32,000 bases of DNA from Crocosphaera subtropica ATCC 51142 (GCF_000017845.1 NC_010546.1:2460001-2492000), one strand, 5' to 3'; counted from the stretch's first letter, positions 17,063 through 26,791 are shown. The notes: generated by a model from the sequence alone, not told the origin. Numbers and translations: made by a program.

Positions 17063-19408
17063 ATGAATACTATACACTCTCAGTGGGAAGTTTTACCGAT
17101 TGTTTCTTTACCTGCTTGGTTTCTGGATATTGTTAATAGTTATTGTACTGATTCTCAGGGAATTTATGCAGCCCAATTATTATGGCATAGAGGAATTCAA
17201 ACTCCAGAAGAATTACAAGGTTTTTTAGATGCGAACTATTATTATCCGTTGAGTCCTTTTGAATTTGGTTGTGAAATGAAATTAGCAACTAAACGCCTAG
17301 AAGTTGCTATGAATAATCAAGAAAAAGTAACTATTTGGGGAGATTTCGATGCGGATGGAATTACAGCCACCAGTGTTTTATGGGAAGGACTTGGACAATT
17401 TTTTATTCCTCATCTCCAACTTAATTATTATATACCGAATCGTGCCACAGAGTCTCATGGATTAAATATTCCAGGCATTAAAAAGTTAGCAGACGAAGGG
17501 ACAAAACTGATTGTAACCTGTGACACAGGAAGCACTAATATAGAGGAAATTAATTATGCTAATTCTCTAGAGATTGATATTATTGTTACTGATCATCATA
17601 CCTTACCCAATGATCGGCCTAATGTGGTTTCTATTATTAATCCTCGTTATTTTTATGAAGATCATCCATTATTTTCTTTATCAGGAGTTGCCGTAGCTTA
17701 TAAATTAGTTGAAGCCTTATATTTAAGCTTTCCAGAAATTCCCGAAAGTCCTTTAGAAAATTTATTAGATTTAGTGGCGATTGGTTTAATTGCTGATTTA
17801 GTTGAATTAAAAGGAGACTGTCGTTATTTAGCACAGCAAGGGTTAAAAAAGCTCCAGCAACAACTTAAAAATACCACCCGTCCTGGCGTTGCTCATTTAC
17901 TAAATTTATGCAAGAGAGGAGGCGATCGCCCGACGGATATTTCTTTCGGTATTGGTCCTAGAATTAATGCCATTAGTCGTATACAAGGGGATGCTCATTT
18001 TGCTGTAGAATTATTAACCAGTAAAGATGAAGAACGTTGTAAGGAACTGGCTTTTGAGACGGAATTAGCCAATACCCGTCGTAAGTCTTTACAGAAAGAT
18101 ATTAAGAAAAATGTTGAGAAAAAACTACAAATGTTAGACTTATCTACCACTCAAGTTATTGTTTTAGAAGATCCGCAATGGCAAAGTGGTGTATTAGGAT
18201 TAGTTGCGGGCCAAATTGCTCAAGAGTACGGTCGTCCGACTATTTTATTGACAACGGCTGAAACCGAAAAAATGAGTGAAAGTGATCTAAAACTAGCTAG
18301 AGGGTCAGCCCGTTCGGTTTATAATATTGATCTGTATAAGTTAGTCGCTTCTCAACGAGATTTATTACATAAATTCGGAGGTCATCCCTTTGCAGCAGGG
18401 TTGAGTTTACCGGTAGAAAATTTATCTTTGTTCAGAGAAAATATCAATCGAAAGCTGAGACAAGAAATTATAGACCTTAATACATTAAGTTCTACCATTC
18501 AAGCTGATTTAGTCGTCACAGTTTCTCAACTGGGTCAAAGTTTATTTAGAGAATTAAAATTATTAGAACCCTATGGAATGGGAAATCCTGTCCCTAGGTT
18601 ATTGATTCAAAATTGTTGGTTTGAAGCGTTAGGGAATCAAAATATTAGAGATGCTAAAAATAATAAAATTAAATACATAAAAACTAAGTTTGATATTTAT
18701 GATAATTCCGTTGATGAGGGGTTTCCTGGTATTTGGTGGGAACATTATCAAGAAGAATTACCCCAAGGCAAAAATAAGCGATGTGATGCTATAGTTGAAC
18801 TGGATTATAATACCTATGGAAAGGGACGTTATGAAGTGCGTTTAATTGAAGTTAGAGAAAGTTTAAAGACTCACGAATATCAATCAATAAAAACCAATCA
18901 AATTACTTTGATCGATTATAGAAATCAAGATCAAGTTAATGAGAGTTATTTAGAATTAGAACAATTAAGTAGTTGTCCTGTGAGTTGGGATGAATTATAT
19001 AAAAAGTACCAAACAAGTATTAATAATCAACATGATTTAGCGTTGAACTACTCCTATGATGAGCAATTTAATCCATCAGAAATGATTAAACAATTAATCG
19101 GTATTGCTAAATATCTGAACCGAACTCAGAAAACGATAACAAAAGAACAATTAAAAGAAAAATTATTATTAAGCGATCGCACCCTAAATTTAGCCTTGGA
19201 ATTTTTAGAGAAAATTGGGTTTTTAATCATCCAAGAGGATCAAACTATTCAGATCGAAACAACAACCCATTTATCACAAGAGTATTACCTCTCACAGAAA
19301 AAATTAATAGATACTCTCCAAGAAGAACATTTTAAAAGAAAATACTTTACTCAAGTTCCTGTCGAAACCTTACAACAGTTATTAGTGTCTGAAAGTTTAA
19401 ATTATTAA
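17063..19408 (+). CDS. recJ: Single-stranded-DNA-specific exonuclease RecJ (long cyanobacterial form)
   Basis: DHH motifs GDFDADGIT, TCDTGS and VTDHHT. DHHA1 motif GGHPFAAG. There is an additional Lys/Asn/Gln-rich C-terminal extension of about 190 aa. Confidence 0.9.
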   Translation: MNTIHSQWEVLPIVSLPAWFLDIVNSYCTDSQGIYAAQLLWHRGIQTPEELQGFLDANYYYPLSPFEFGCEMKLATKRLEVAMNNQEKVTIWGDFDADGITATSVLWEGLGQFFIPHLQLNYYIPNRATESHGLNIPGIKKLADEGTKLIVTCDTGSTNIEEINYANSLEIDIIVTDHHTLPNDRPNVVSIINPRYFYEDHPLFSLSGVAVAYKLVEALYLSFPEIPESPLENLLDLVAIGLIADLVELKGDCRYLAQQGLKKLQQQLKNTTRPGVAHLLNLCKRGGDRPTDISFGIGPRINAISRIQGDAHFAVELLTSKDEERCKELAFETELANTRRKSLQKDIKKNVEKKLQMLDLSTTQVIVLEDPQWQSGVLGLVAGQIAQEYGRPTILLTTAETEKMSESDLKLARGSARSVYNIDLYKLVASQRDLLHKFGGHPFAAGLSLPVENLSLFRENINRKLRQEIIDLNTLSSTIQADLVVTVSQLGQSLFRELKLLEPYGMGNPVPRLLIQNCWFEALGNQNIRDAKNNKIKYIKTKFDIYDNSVDEGFPGIWWEHYQEELPQGKNKRCDAIVELDYNTYGKGRYEVRLIEVRESLKTHEYQSIKTNQITLIDYRNQDQVNESYLELEQLSSCPVSWDELYKKYQTSINNQHDLALNYSYDEQFNPSEMIKQLIGIAKYLNRTQKTITKEQLKEKLLLSDRTLNLALEFLEKIGFLIIQEDQTIQIETTTHLSQEYYLSQKKLIDTLQEEHFKRKYFTQVPVETLQQLLVSESLNY

Positions 19409-19780
19409 TACGAATTATCTTGAAAATTTCTATCTAAAGGACTAGATACTCAGTAGTAAATACAACAAATACACCTTCAATAATAAGAAAAAATACGGAA
19501 ACCTAAACATTATCTATCTCATAAGTATGAGAAATGCTATGGAGGTCATTCATAAGAGGATTGACGATAATAAACATAAAGTTTAAGATAAGTAAAGAAG
19601 TTTGAAATTATATAAATCAATTGTTGCTGTATTTAAAGAAGAATTGAGAAAAACTAACTCTTAAGAGAGTGCTAATTTTGAGTAACTCTATTTTGAAGCA
19701 CTTCTAGAATACAGGTAACTTATCTTACTCTTCTTTTTTTTTCACTTAAACATTCGTCATTTTTACTCGAATTGACAACC

Positions 19781-20368
19781 ATGAAATTCACTCTTTCCTT
19801 ACTCACACTCACATTCATTAGCGGAAGTATACTATTACCCATCGAGGGGATCAACAAACAAGCGATCGCCTCTGAGGGAACACCCTCCGCAACCCCTTCG
19901 ACGGAATTACCTGCCACATCAACCGTTACCCCACCCGTAGAAGAAGCAGCCATTCCTACCCCTCCAGAAACAACCCAAACCCTAGCCACACACCTAGTTC
20001 TCAACCTCAAAGAACGTCGAGTGTATGCGTATCAAGATGATCAAGTTATTGCCAATTATCCCGTGGCCATTGGTAAACCAGGATGGGAAACCCCTAGAGG
20101 TGACTTTTCTGTCATTCAGATGGTAGAAGATCCCCAATGGAAAAACCCCTGGAATGGTCGCGTTAGCGCAGCCGGTCCTAATAGTCCTTTAGGAGAACGT
20201 TGGATTGGTTTTTGGAGAGAAGGAGGTAAATACATCGGATTTCATGGGACTCCAGGGGAACACGTTATGGGACAAGCGGTTTCTCATGGTTGCGTTAGAA
20301 TGCGGAACCGAGATGTTAAAGCCTTATACGAATTAGTGCAAACAGGAATTCCTGTGATTGTTCAATAA
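19781..20368 (+). CDS. L,D-transpeptidase (YkuD domain)
   Basis: Catalytic block FHGTPGEHVMGQAVSHGCVRM. Signal peptide MKFTLSLLTLTFISGS, then a Pro/Thr-rich linker. ATG at 19781 is preferred over TTG at 19772. Confidence 0.85.
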   Translation: MKFTLSLLTLTFISGSILLPIEGINKQAIASEGTPSATPSTELPATSTVTPPVEEAAIPTPPETTQTLATHLVLNLKERRVYAYQDDQVIANYPVAIGKPGWETPRGDFSVIQMVEDPQWKNPWNGRVSAAGPNSPLGERWIGFWREGGKYIGFHGTPGEHVMGQAVSHGCVRMRNRDVKALYELVQTGIPVIVQ

Positions 20369-20543
20369 ACTACTTAGGTTAGTCCAAAGAAAAAGTTACA
20401 CTCAAAGAAGGGGAACATAAAATTTCTGGCAGTCAAAGCAGAGGACATGGATATTCAGTAGCAAGCGTTAACCTTTGCTTTTTGTCTAACCCGAAGCGGT
20501 ATGTTCCTCGTGACTAACCTAAAAAAGTTGACTATAAATTCTT

Positions 20544-21242
20544 ATGGCAAGTGTAGCGAAATCTCCGTACACCAAAGAACAAATTTCTGCTTGGTTAAGA
20601 GGGTTACTCACCCTTGCTTGGTGTGATGGTAACTATGACCCCCAAGAACAGAAGTTAATCGCAGATTTAACAAAAGATTTAGCCATTGATAATGAAGAGG
20701 CTGTTCTCTATAAGTCTATCGAACCTGAAGAGTTAGCTGATATTTTAGGCGACGATCCCAATACCGGGGAAAATTTCTTACGGACTGCGGTTTTAGTGGC
20801 GATCGCCGATGGTATTTATTCATCCTCTGAAGCAGACCTCTTACATCGCTATAGCGAAGCATTAGGGCTAAAAATAGAGGCGTTAGAGTCTTTAGAACAT
20901 ACTCTATGTGAACCCGACGGAAACCATCCCCAAGCCCAAGAAATGGGCGATGCAGCCCCTTTAGTGAGTCCTCCTCAGCCTCACCCAGATTTATTACATC
21001 CCCTCAAAGACTGGTTAGATGGTATGGATATCCACGATCCCAGTTTAGCTCGGTTTATTTGTAAGATGGTTCCCCCTCAATGTCCGTTTGAAAGAGATAT
21101 TAAGCTATTTGGTCACAAAGTGGTTCATATTCCCCCCTTATGTAAGCTTAATCCTTTATATGAACAATTAGTTGGGTTAAGATTCCGTGCATTATGTTAT
21201 TTAGCCGATGAATGCAAGGAAGATATTTCTGAGTTCACCTAG
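20544..21242 (+). CDS. TerB-like N-terminal domain fused to a Mo-dependent-nitrogenase C-terminal (Mo-nitro_C) domain; function unknown
   Basis: TerB-type helices (LLTLAWCDGNYDPQEQKLI, VLVAIADGIYSSSEADLL). Cys/His-rich C-terminus FICKMVPPQCPFERDIKLFGHKVVHIPPLCKLNPLYEQL, which I recall as the Mo-nitro_C family. Confidence 0.65.
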   Translation: MASVAKSPYTKEQISAWLRGLLTLAWCDGNYDPQEQKLIADLTKDLAIDNEEAVLYKSIEPEELADILGDDPNTGENFLRTAVLVAIADGIYSSSEADLLHRYSEALGLKIEALESLEHTLCEPDGNHPQAQEMGDAAPLVSPPQPHPDLLHPLKDWLDGMDIHDPSLARFICKMVPPQCPFERDIKLFGHKVVHIPPLCKLNPLYEQLVGLRFRALCYLADECKEDISEFT

Positions 21243-21338
21243 ATGTTGTCGGGTGGGCAATGTCTCAACAAACCTTAAAATAGTTTAGAGCAGGGTTTAT
21301 AGTTTGCCCACCTTCTGATTATTCATTACCTTTTATCC

Positions 21339-22769
21339 ATGACAAATATTATAATTTTTTGGCATCGTCGTGACTTAAGACTATCTGATAATATCGGACT
21401 TTCCAAAGCCTATCAAAAAAGTTCTAAATTAGTAGGTTTATTCTGTTTAGATCCCAATATTTTACAGCGAGATGACATTGCACCCGCTAGAGTCAATTAT
21501 ATGTTAGGGTGTTTACGAAATTTACAAGAAAGCTATCAAAAGTTAGGCGGTCAATTATTAATTTTTCAAGGACAACCCACCAAAATTATTCCTGAAGTAG
21601 CAAAGAGTTTAAAAGTTAATTGTGTAATTTGGAATAATGACGTTGAACCCTACAGTAAAGAACGGGATAAGCAAGTAAAAGAAGCATTACAAGAAAAAGG
21701 GATTACATCAGAAACTTACTGGGATCAATTATTACACGCACCAGGAGAAATTCTCACTAAAAGTAATAATGATCCTTATAAAGTTTATACTCCTTTTTGG
21801 CGCAGTTGGGTTAAAGAAGATAAAGCTAATATTGCTGAGTCTATTGAAAAATTAGATAGTTTAAGCGATGAAGAAATAAACACCGTTAAAAATATAGGAC
21901 TAATTGACTTACCCACTGCCAAAGACTTAGGTTATGGTTGGGATATCCCTTTGCTTTTAGAACTAGGAGAAACCGCAGCTAAAGAACAACTTCATTATTT
22001 TTGTAATAGTACAATTTATAGTTATCAAGAACAAAGAAACTTCCCTGCAATAGACGGAACATCTAAACTAAGTCCAGCGTTCAAATTCGGTGTTATCGGT
22101 ATTCGTGAGGTCTGGCAAACAACCATAGAAGCTTATGAAAATACCCGTAGTGACGAAGCAAGGGAGAATATACAAACCTGGCAACAAGAAATCGCTTGGC
22201 GAGAATTTTATCAACACTGTTTATACTTTTTTCCTGAGTTAGCAGAGGGGCCTTATCGAGAAGAATTTCAGGACTTTCCTTGGGATAATAATGAAGACCA
22301 TTTTCAAGCTTGGTGTGAAGGAAAAACTGGTTATCCTATCGTTGATGCTGCCATGAGACAGTTAAACGAAACGGGATGGATGCACAACCGATGTCGGATG
22401 ATTGTTGCTAGTTTTTTGACTAAAGATTTAATGATCAATTGGCAATGGGGAGAAAAATATTTTATGCAAAAATTGATCGATGGGGACTTATCCGCTAATA
22501 ATGGAGGGTGGCAATGGAGTGCATCCAGTGGAATGGACCCGAAACCGTTACGCATCTTTAACCCTGCTAGTCAAGCACAAAAATATGACCCAGATGGAGA
22601 ATATATTCGTCTATGGGTTCCTGAAATAAGTTCTCTTGATACAGAATATTTAGTAACTGGAAAAATACCACCTTTAGAAGCGCATAGTTGTGGTTATCCT
22701 CAGCCTATTGTCGATCATAAACACCAGCAACGGGAGTTTAAAGAACGATATAAACAGATTAAAAATTAA
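21339..22769 (+). CDS. phr: Deoxyribodipyrimidine (CPD) photolyase, class I
   Basis: N-terminal IIFWHRRDLRLSDN. FAD-binding region TGYPIVDAAMRQLNETGWMHNRCRMIVASFL and GDLSANNGGWQWSAS. Confidence 0.92.
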   Translation: MTNIIIFWHRRDLRLSDNIGLSKAYQKSSKLVGLFCLDPNILQRDDIAPARVNYMLGCLRNLQESYQKLGGQLLIFQGQPTKIIPEVAKSLKVNCVIWNNDVEPYSKERDKQVKEALQEKGITSETYWDQLLHAPGEILTKSNNDPYKVYTPFWRSWVKEDKANIAESIEKLDSLSDEEINTVKNIGLIDLPTAKDLGYGWDIPLLLELGETAAKEQLHYFCNSTIYSYQEQRNFPAIDGTSKLSPAFKFGVIGIREVWQTTIEAYENTRSDEARENIQTWQQEIAWREFYQHCLYFFPELAEGPYREEFQDFPWDNNEDHFQAWCEGKTGYPIVDAAMRQLNETGWMHNRCRMIVASFLTKDLMINWQWGEKYFMQKLIDGDLSANNGGWQWSASSGMDPKPLRIFNPASQAQKYDPDGEYIRLWVPEISSLDTEYLVTGKIPPLEAHSCGYPQPIVDHKHQQREFKERYKQIKN

Positions 22770-22784
22770 ACTTAAAATAACACT

Positions 22785-22814
22785 ACTGACATCTTGCACC
22801 TTCGATTAAATTAG
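22785..22814 (+). repeat. About 30-nt dispersed motif, copy 2
   Basis: Same orientation as copy 1. It lies 20 nt after the photolyase stop and 17 nt before the CAGCTAT heptamer array. Confidence 0.55.
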
Positions 22815-22830
22815 CTAGTTTATAAGTGTT

Positions 22831-22973
22831 CAGCTATCAGCCATCAGCTATCAGCTATATTCTTAACCTGAGTTCGACGGAAGAGAATCTATGCAAAACT
22901 GACAACCAACAAGAAGTCTCAAACCCTGATTCCCTCGTTAAAAACTCCGAATTCCGAACTCCGAACTCAGGTT
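22831..22973. repeat. Composite repeat: CAGCTAT-type heptamer array, 12-bp perfect inverted repeats, and AACTCCG-type heptamer array
   Basis: CAGCTAT/CAGCCAT/CAGCTAT/CAGCTAT at 22831-22858. AACCTGAGTTCG at 22865-22876 is the exact reverse complement of CGAACTCAGGTT at 22962-22973. AACTCCG/AATTCCG/AACTCCG/AACTCAG at 22943-22970. Confidence 0.75.
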
Positions 22974-23022
22974 TATTGATAGTATAGATTCTAGGTTAAA
23001 AAATAAATTAATCTATTGATTT

Positions 23023-23796
23023 ATGCAAAAACGACAAAAAGATAAATTTTACTTGAAATTATCCTTACCATTCCTGATAATTATCTTTTTTATTTTATTA
23101 ATTATTACTCCATCTTCTGCTTTAGAAAAAGACTTAGAAAAATCCTTACCCCCTTTACAAAGTCATTCCTTACCAACCCCCTTAAAGCAATGGCAAGAGC
23201 AACCCTATTCAGGAGACTATTTTGAGCAAATTCAACCCAGTGTAGCAGGATATTTATTGTGGTCGGAATTCCCCATAAAAATCTATTTTGATCGTCCTGA
23301 TAATCCTCATGATACTGCTGCAACAACCCGTCGTTTTAATCAGTGGGTTAATGCAGTTGAAACTTCTATTACTGAATGGAATACTTACTTACCCATAACA
23401 GAAGTTTCTCAACGAGAATTAGCAGATATTATTATAGAAAGAATTGACCCACCTATCGATGCACAAATTGATCCAGAAACAGGAAACCTAAAAATTCCTA
23501 GAGCAAAAACGGCTCAAACTCGTTATGAATTCTATATTAGAAATAATAAGCTTTTTCATAAAATGATTATACAAATTAGTCCCCGTTTAGGACTTCTTGC
23601 AACCCTATCCGCAGCACGTCACGAATTAGGCCATGGTTTAGGAATTTGGGGTCATAGTTTACAGGAAAATGATGTCCTTTATTTTTCACAAGTTAGTGCA
23701 TCAATTCCTATTTCTTCTAGGGATATTAACACATTAAAAAAAATTTATGAGCAACCCACTCGTTTAGGATGGAGTTTACCAATTAATAATGAATAA
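23023..23796 (+). CDS. Putative membrane-anchored or secreted zinc metalloprotease (metzincin-like HExxHxxGxxH)
   Basis: HELGHGLGIWGHS matches the metzincin zinc-binding consensus. N-terminal hydrophobic segment LSLPFLIIIFFILLIITPSSA. Confidence 0.6.
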   Translation: MQKRQKDKFYLKLSLPFLIIIFFILLIITPSSALEKDLEKSLPPLQSHSLPTPLKQWQEQPYSGDYFEQIQPSVAGYLLWSEFPIKIYFDRPDNPHDTAATTRRFNQWVNAVETSITEWNTYLPITEVSQRELADIIIERIDPPIDAQIDPETGNLKIPRAKTAQTRYEFYIRNNKLFHKMIIQISPRLGLLATLSAARHELGHGLGIWGHSLQENDVLYFSQVSASIPISSRDINTLKKIYEQPTRLGWSLPINNE

Positions 23797-23827
23797 TTAA
23801 CAATTAACAATTAGCTAATTAGATCAT

Positions 23828-23954
<127 letters not shown>

Positions 23955-24007
23955 AACTGTTATATTAAGAAATGTAGCAATTATGATAAATATACGGAGA
24001 TATAAAA

Positions 24008-24544
24008 ATGTCAGAGACAATTGTATTAGGTGGTGGCTGTTTTTGGTGTGTCGAATCAGTTTATCAAAATGTCGAAGGGGTAGAAAGTGTTGAATCAGGT
24101 TATGCAGGAGGAGAGACGAAAAACCCAACTTATGATCAAGTGTGTAGTGGTAGAACCGGACACGCAGAAGTGGTTAAAGTAACCTTTAATCCTCAAACAA
24201 TTTCCTTAATAGAGATATTACAAATCTTTTTCACAGTTAGTCATGATCCTACCACTTTAAACCGACAAGGAAATGATGTGGGAACCCAATACCGTTCTAT
24301 TATTCTCTGGAACTCACAAGAACAACTCGAAACCGCTAAACAAGTGATTGAAAAGCTCAATGGGGAAGATGTTTTCAATGGCAAAATTGTCACAGAATTA
24401 AAAGAATTGACCGATTACTATCCTGCAGAAGAGTATCATCAAAACTACTTCAAAAAGCATCCTAATCAACCTTACTGTTTGTTCAGTATTCCTCCTAAAT
24501 TAGATAAGCTCAAGAAGTATTTTCCTGAGAAAATGTTAGCTTAA
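24008..24544 (+). CDS. msrA: Peptide-methionine (S)-S-oxide reductase
   Basis: Active-site GGGCFWC, plus GHAEVVKV and EEYHQNYF. Confidence 0.93.
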   Translation: MSETIVLGGGCFWCVESVYQNVEGVESVESGYAGGETKNPTYDQVCSGRTGHAEVVKVTFNPQTISLIEILQIFFTVSHDPTTLNRQGNDVGTQYRSIILWNSQEQLETAKQVIEKLNGEDVFNGKIVTELKELTDYYPAEEYHQNYFKKHPNQPYCLFSIPPKLDKLKKYFPEKMLA

Positions 24545-24632
24545 AAAAGTGGTCAGCATTCAACACTTAGTGTCATAAGAAGATAGCTGATAGCTAGTTA
24601 AAATTCTTCTGCCTCCTGCCTTCTTGTTGCTA

Positions 24633-25763
24633 TTATTCTTTATCTTCTGACCAAACAGAAGGAGAAATGTCTTGTCGAGGTAAAGGGGCAACAGGAGGAG
24701 GAGAAACTGGTCCAAATAACTGAGGAGTCGATAACGGCCGTTCATAATCAGCCACCACTTCTCGTAATTGACTGACTCGGAATACCAGTTTAAACTTTTT
24801 TCCTAACTCTTTCTTAATTAACTGTTCAACCAGGCCAACTTGGGTGGGGGTAATGGGGTTTTTAGTATTTTCTTGAACCGTTACTAAGATAATGGGATAT
24901 TCATTACTCCAGGGAAAGGTTGGCCATTGAACGGTTAACCCAACTAATTCACTTTGTTGACCGACAGTTACGGTTCTATTTTCTAAAAGGGTCTTAATTT
25001 TCCCTTCAAATTTTTCTTGTTGAACAAGATTACCAAAACTAATAAACAGAGGAAACACTAAAATTCCTGTCATGGCCACAAATCCACTCAAAGCTTGACT
25101 GGTTTGACTGTAATTGAGGTAATAACCGCCAAAAATAAAAATAATAATACAAGATAAGGTAATCCCTAAAAGGTTAGTTAAATATAACAAAAATGCGCCA
25201 CTGGCTAGAGGTAAAGCTTTTTGGGATAAGGCAATACCCACAACACATAAAGGAGGCATTAAAGCCACAGAAATGGCTGTCCCTGCTAAAGCATCGCTAA
25301 GTTTACGACGAATCTTAGCAAACCCACTAATGGCCCCAGCAGCCACAGCTATCCCCAAATCCGCCAGATTGGGTTGTGTGCGTCCCAAAATTTCTGAGCC
25401 AAAAGAGGCTTCAGGCAGACCAAAAACCCCCCCCACTACACCAGAAATGATCATCGATGTCATCGTTCCAATGATGAGGGTCATCAGGCTGATTTTCACT
25501 AAAATGCGCTCGGTATCTAACATCCCCAAAGCTAAACCCCGTAAGGGTAACATTAAAGGAGCGATTAACATAGCACCGATAATGACTGCGGCACTGTTGA
25601 TTAAAAGTCCAAGGGTGGCAATAAAACAAGAACTAACGGTTAAAACCAGAAATTCCGTATCCAGTTCAGCCTCATCTAAAAGTTCTTGTTGTAATTTTTC
25701 CCTAATATCGGGGGGAACTCTGGGAATTTTTCGTTTTAGCCATTGTTTGATCTCCATCAACAT
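24633..25763 (-). CDS. DUF389-type multi-pass membrane protein; function unknown
   Basis: The N-terminal two thirds are strongly hydrophobic with multiple TM segments, followed by a soluble C-terminal third. The resemblance to DUF389 is from memory. ATG at 25763 with GAGGTGG upstream. Confidence 0.65.
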   Translation of the reverse strand: MLMEIKQWLKRKIPRVPPDIREKLQQELLDEAELDTEFLVLTVSSCFIATLGLLINSAAVIIGAMLIAPLMLPLRGLALGMLDTERILVKISLMTLIIGTMTSMIISGVVGGVFGLPEASFGSEILGRTQPNLADLGIAVAAGAISGFAKIRRKLSDALAGTAISVALMPPLCVVGIALSQKALPLASGAFLLYLTNLLGITLSCIIIFIFGGYYLNYSQTSQALSGFVAMTGILVFPLFISFGNLVQQEKFEGKIKTLLENRTVTVGQQSELVGLTVQWPTFPWSNEYPIILVTVQENTKNPITPTQVGLVEQLIKKELGKKFKLVFRVSQLREVVADYERPLSTPQLFGPVSPPPVAPLPRQDISPSVWSEDKE

Positions 25764-26097
25764 TAACCACCTCGAACCTTAGAAAACAATTAAGATATTA
25801 ATTATTAGCTTAGCCATTGCAAAAAAAAATGGCTGACATTTCTTAGCCATCGATTATAAAAATGAAATGTTAAGAATTAAACAAAAAAAATATAAAAATA
25901 AGTGTTGTGATCAAGAGTTTGCTTATATATTATTCTTGGTTTCACTCAATTTATTCAGTTTTTCCTAACTTTGTGTTTTTTTGATGACACGATCGCTGAT
26001 TTTTGAGAGATAAATGTGTTATCCCATGATTAGTAAACGAGGCGTTAATCATTTAAGTCTCCCGTCAATTGACAGGTTGTTTTATTTTCCTTAAACT

Positions 26098-26376
26098 ATG
26101 AGCAAAACAGGTAGAATCTACTGTTTTCAAGCAGATTATCGAGAATCCACCCATTTTGATGCCCATCAAGTTCCTGATTGGTTATCTTTAGAAGTTCACT
26201 GGAAAGGTTATTGTATCTCAACGGTTCCTTGGGTTGCTGATGTAGCCCGTGTCCTGGGTCTTTTACCAGTGGATGATACCCCAGAAGCTTGGATGAATTA
26301 CCTCGAAGAATTAGGACTCAAAGGGGTGACTCAGGTATGCTGTGAAGACTTTTTTGAAGACAGATTATATTCTTGA
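26098..26376 (+). CDS. Hypothetical 92-aa protein
   Basis: ORF with balanced, protein-like composition (W/C/H-rich) and ATG at 26098. No family recognised. Confidence 0.45.
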   Translation: MSKTGRIYCFQADYRESTHFDAHQVPDWLSLEVHWKGYCISTVPWVADVARVLGLLPVDDTPEAWMNYLEELGLKGVTQVCCEDFFEDRLYS

Positions 26377-26396
26377 CGAATACTGAAAAACGGTTT

Positions 26397-26415
26397 GGGG
26401 GGCAAAATAGCCCCC
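26397..26415. terminator. GC hairpin between convergent genes; candidate terminator
   Basis: GGGGGC-AAAATA-GCCCCC lies between the stop at 26376 (+) and the ccmK4 stop at 26444 (-). Confidence 0.4.
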
Positions 26416-26443
26416 GTTGAGGGGAATTTCTAGGACAAGGACA

Positions 26444-26791
26444 TTAAGAACTCGAAGCAGGAAGGGCAATCCCTTCAGCCGCTTGGCGAAACGTCTCAAC
26501 CTGATCGCTATAATCAATGGGTAAAACGCCGACAACATTATCATGGGGACGGGGAATAATCACCCAAGTTTCTAGGGTTGCCCCTTCTGTCCGTTCTATG
26601 GCATCAATTCCGGCGGCCATAGCGGTTTTTACCTCTTGAACGTCGCCCCGAATATTGAGGGTAAAACGTGCGCTTCCGGCTCGAATATAACCAACAATGG
26701 TAATTCTTCCTGCTTTTACCATAGCATCAGCGGCCGCTAAAATGCCTGGAAAACCTTTTGATTCAATTGATCCAACAGCTTTTTGGGTCAT
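26444..26791 (-). CDS. ccmK4: Carboxysome shell protein CcmK4 (BMC-H)
   Basis: BMC domain. AVGSIESKGFPGILAAADAMVKAGRITIVGYIRAGSARFTLNIRGDVQEVKTAM is near-identical in pattern to CcmK4 as I recall it. Confidence 0.85.
   Translation of the reverse strand: MTQKAVGSIESKGFPGILAAADAMVKAGRITIVGYIRAGSARFTLNIRGDVQEVKTAMAAGIDAIERTEGATLETWVIIPRPHDNVVGVLPIDYSDQVETFRQAAEGIALPASSS

Noticed and set aside
19720-20010. 96-aa ORF on the - strand
   Set aside because: It is antisense to the signal peptide and Pro/Thr-linker region of the L,D-transpeptidase gene. The translation is a Val/Gly/Ser-rich artefact.
20374-20522. 11-bp inverted repeat (TTAGGTTAGTC / GACTAACCTAA) bracketing the spacer upstream of the TerB/Mo-nitro_C gene, as a MITE or structured RNA
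   Set aside because: For an 11-bp inverted repeat at any spacing up to about 200 nt, the chance expectation in this window is of order one. No second copy and no recognisable ncRNA motif were found.
25273-25782. 169-aa ORF on the + strand
   Set aside because: It lies entirely antisense to the DUF389 membrane-protein gene. Its Ala/Pro/Arg/Ser-rich, low-complexity translation is typical of the reverse frame of a hydrophobic gene, and no motifs are present.
25779-25850. Possible leader or attenuator upstream of the DUF389 gene: direct repeat CTTAGCCAT x2, alternative 6-bp hairpins, a T9 run on the minus strand and a 23-codon uORF (MAKKCQPFFFAMAKLIINILIVF)
   Set aside because: The stems are only 6 bp. 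A 9-mer repeat within 50 nt is expected several times by chance in 32 kb. The uORF has no RBS, and its hydrophobic content is what AT-rich DNA yields.
26064-26073. Perfect 10-bp palindrome GTCAATTGAC, 25 nt upstream of the 92-aa ORF, as an operator
   Set aside because: A 10-bp palindrome is expected about 30 times by chance in 32 kb. It matches no known cyanobacterial operator consensus (for example NtcA GTA-N8-TAC).
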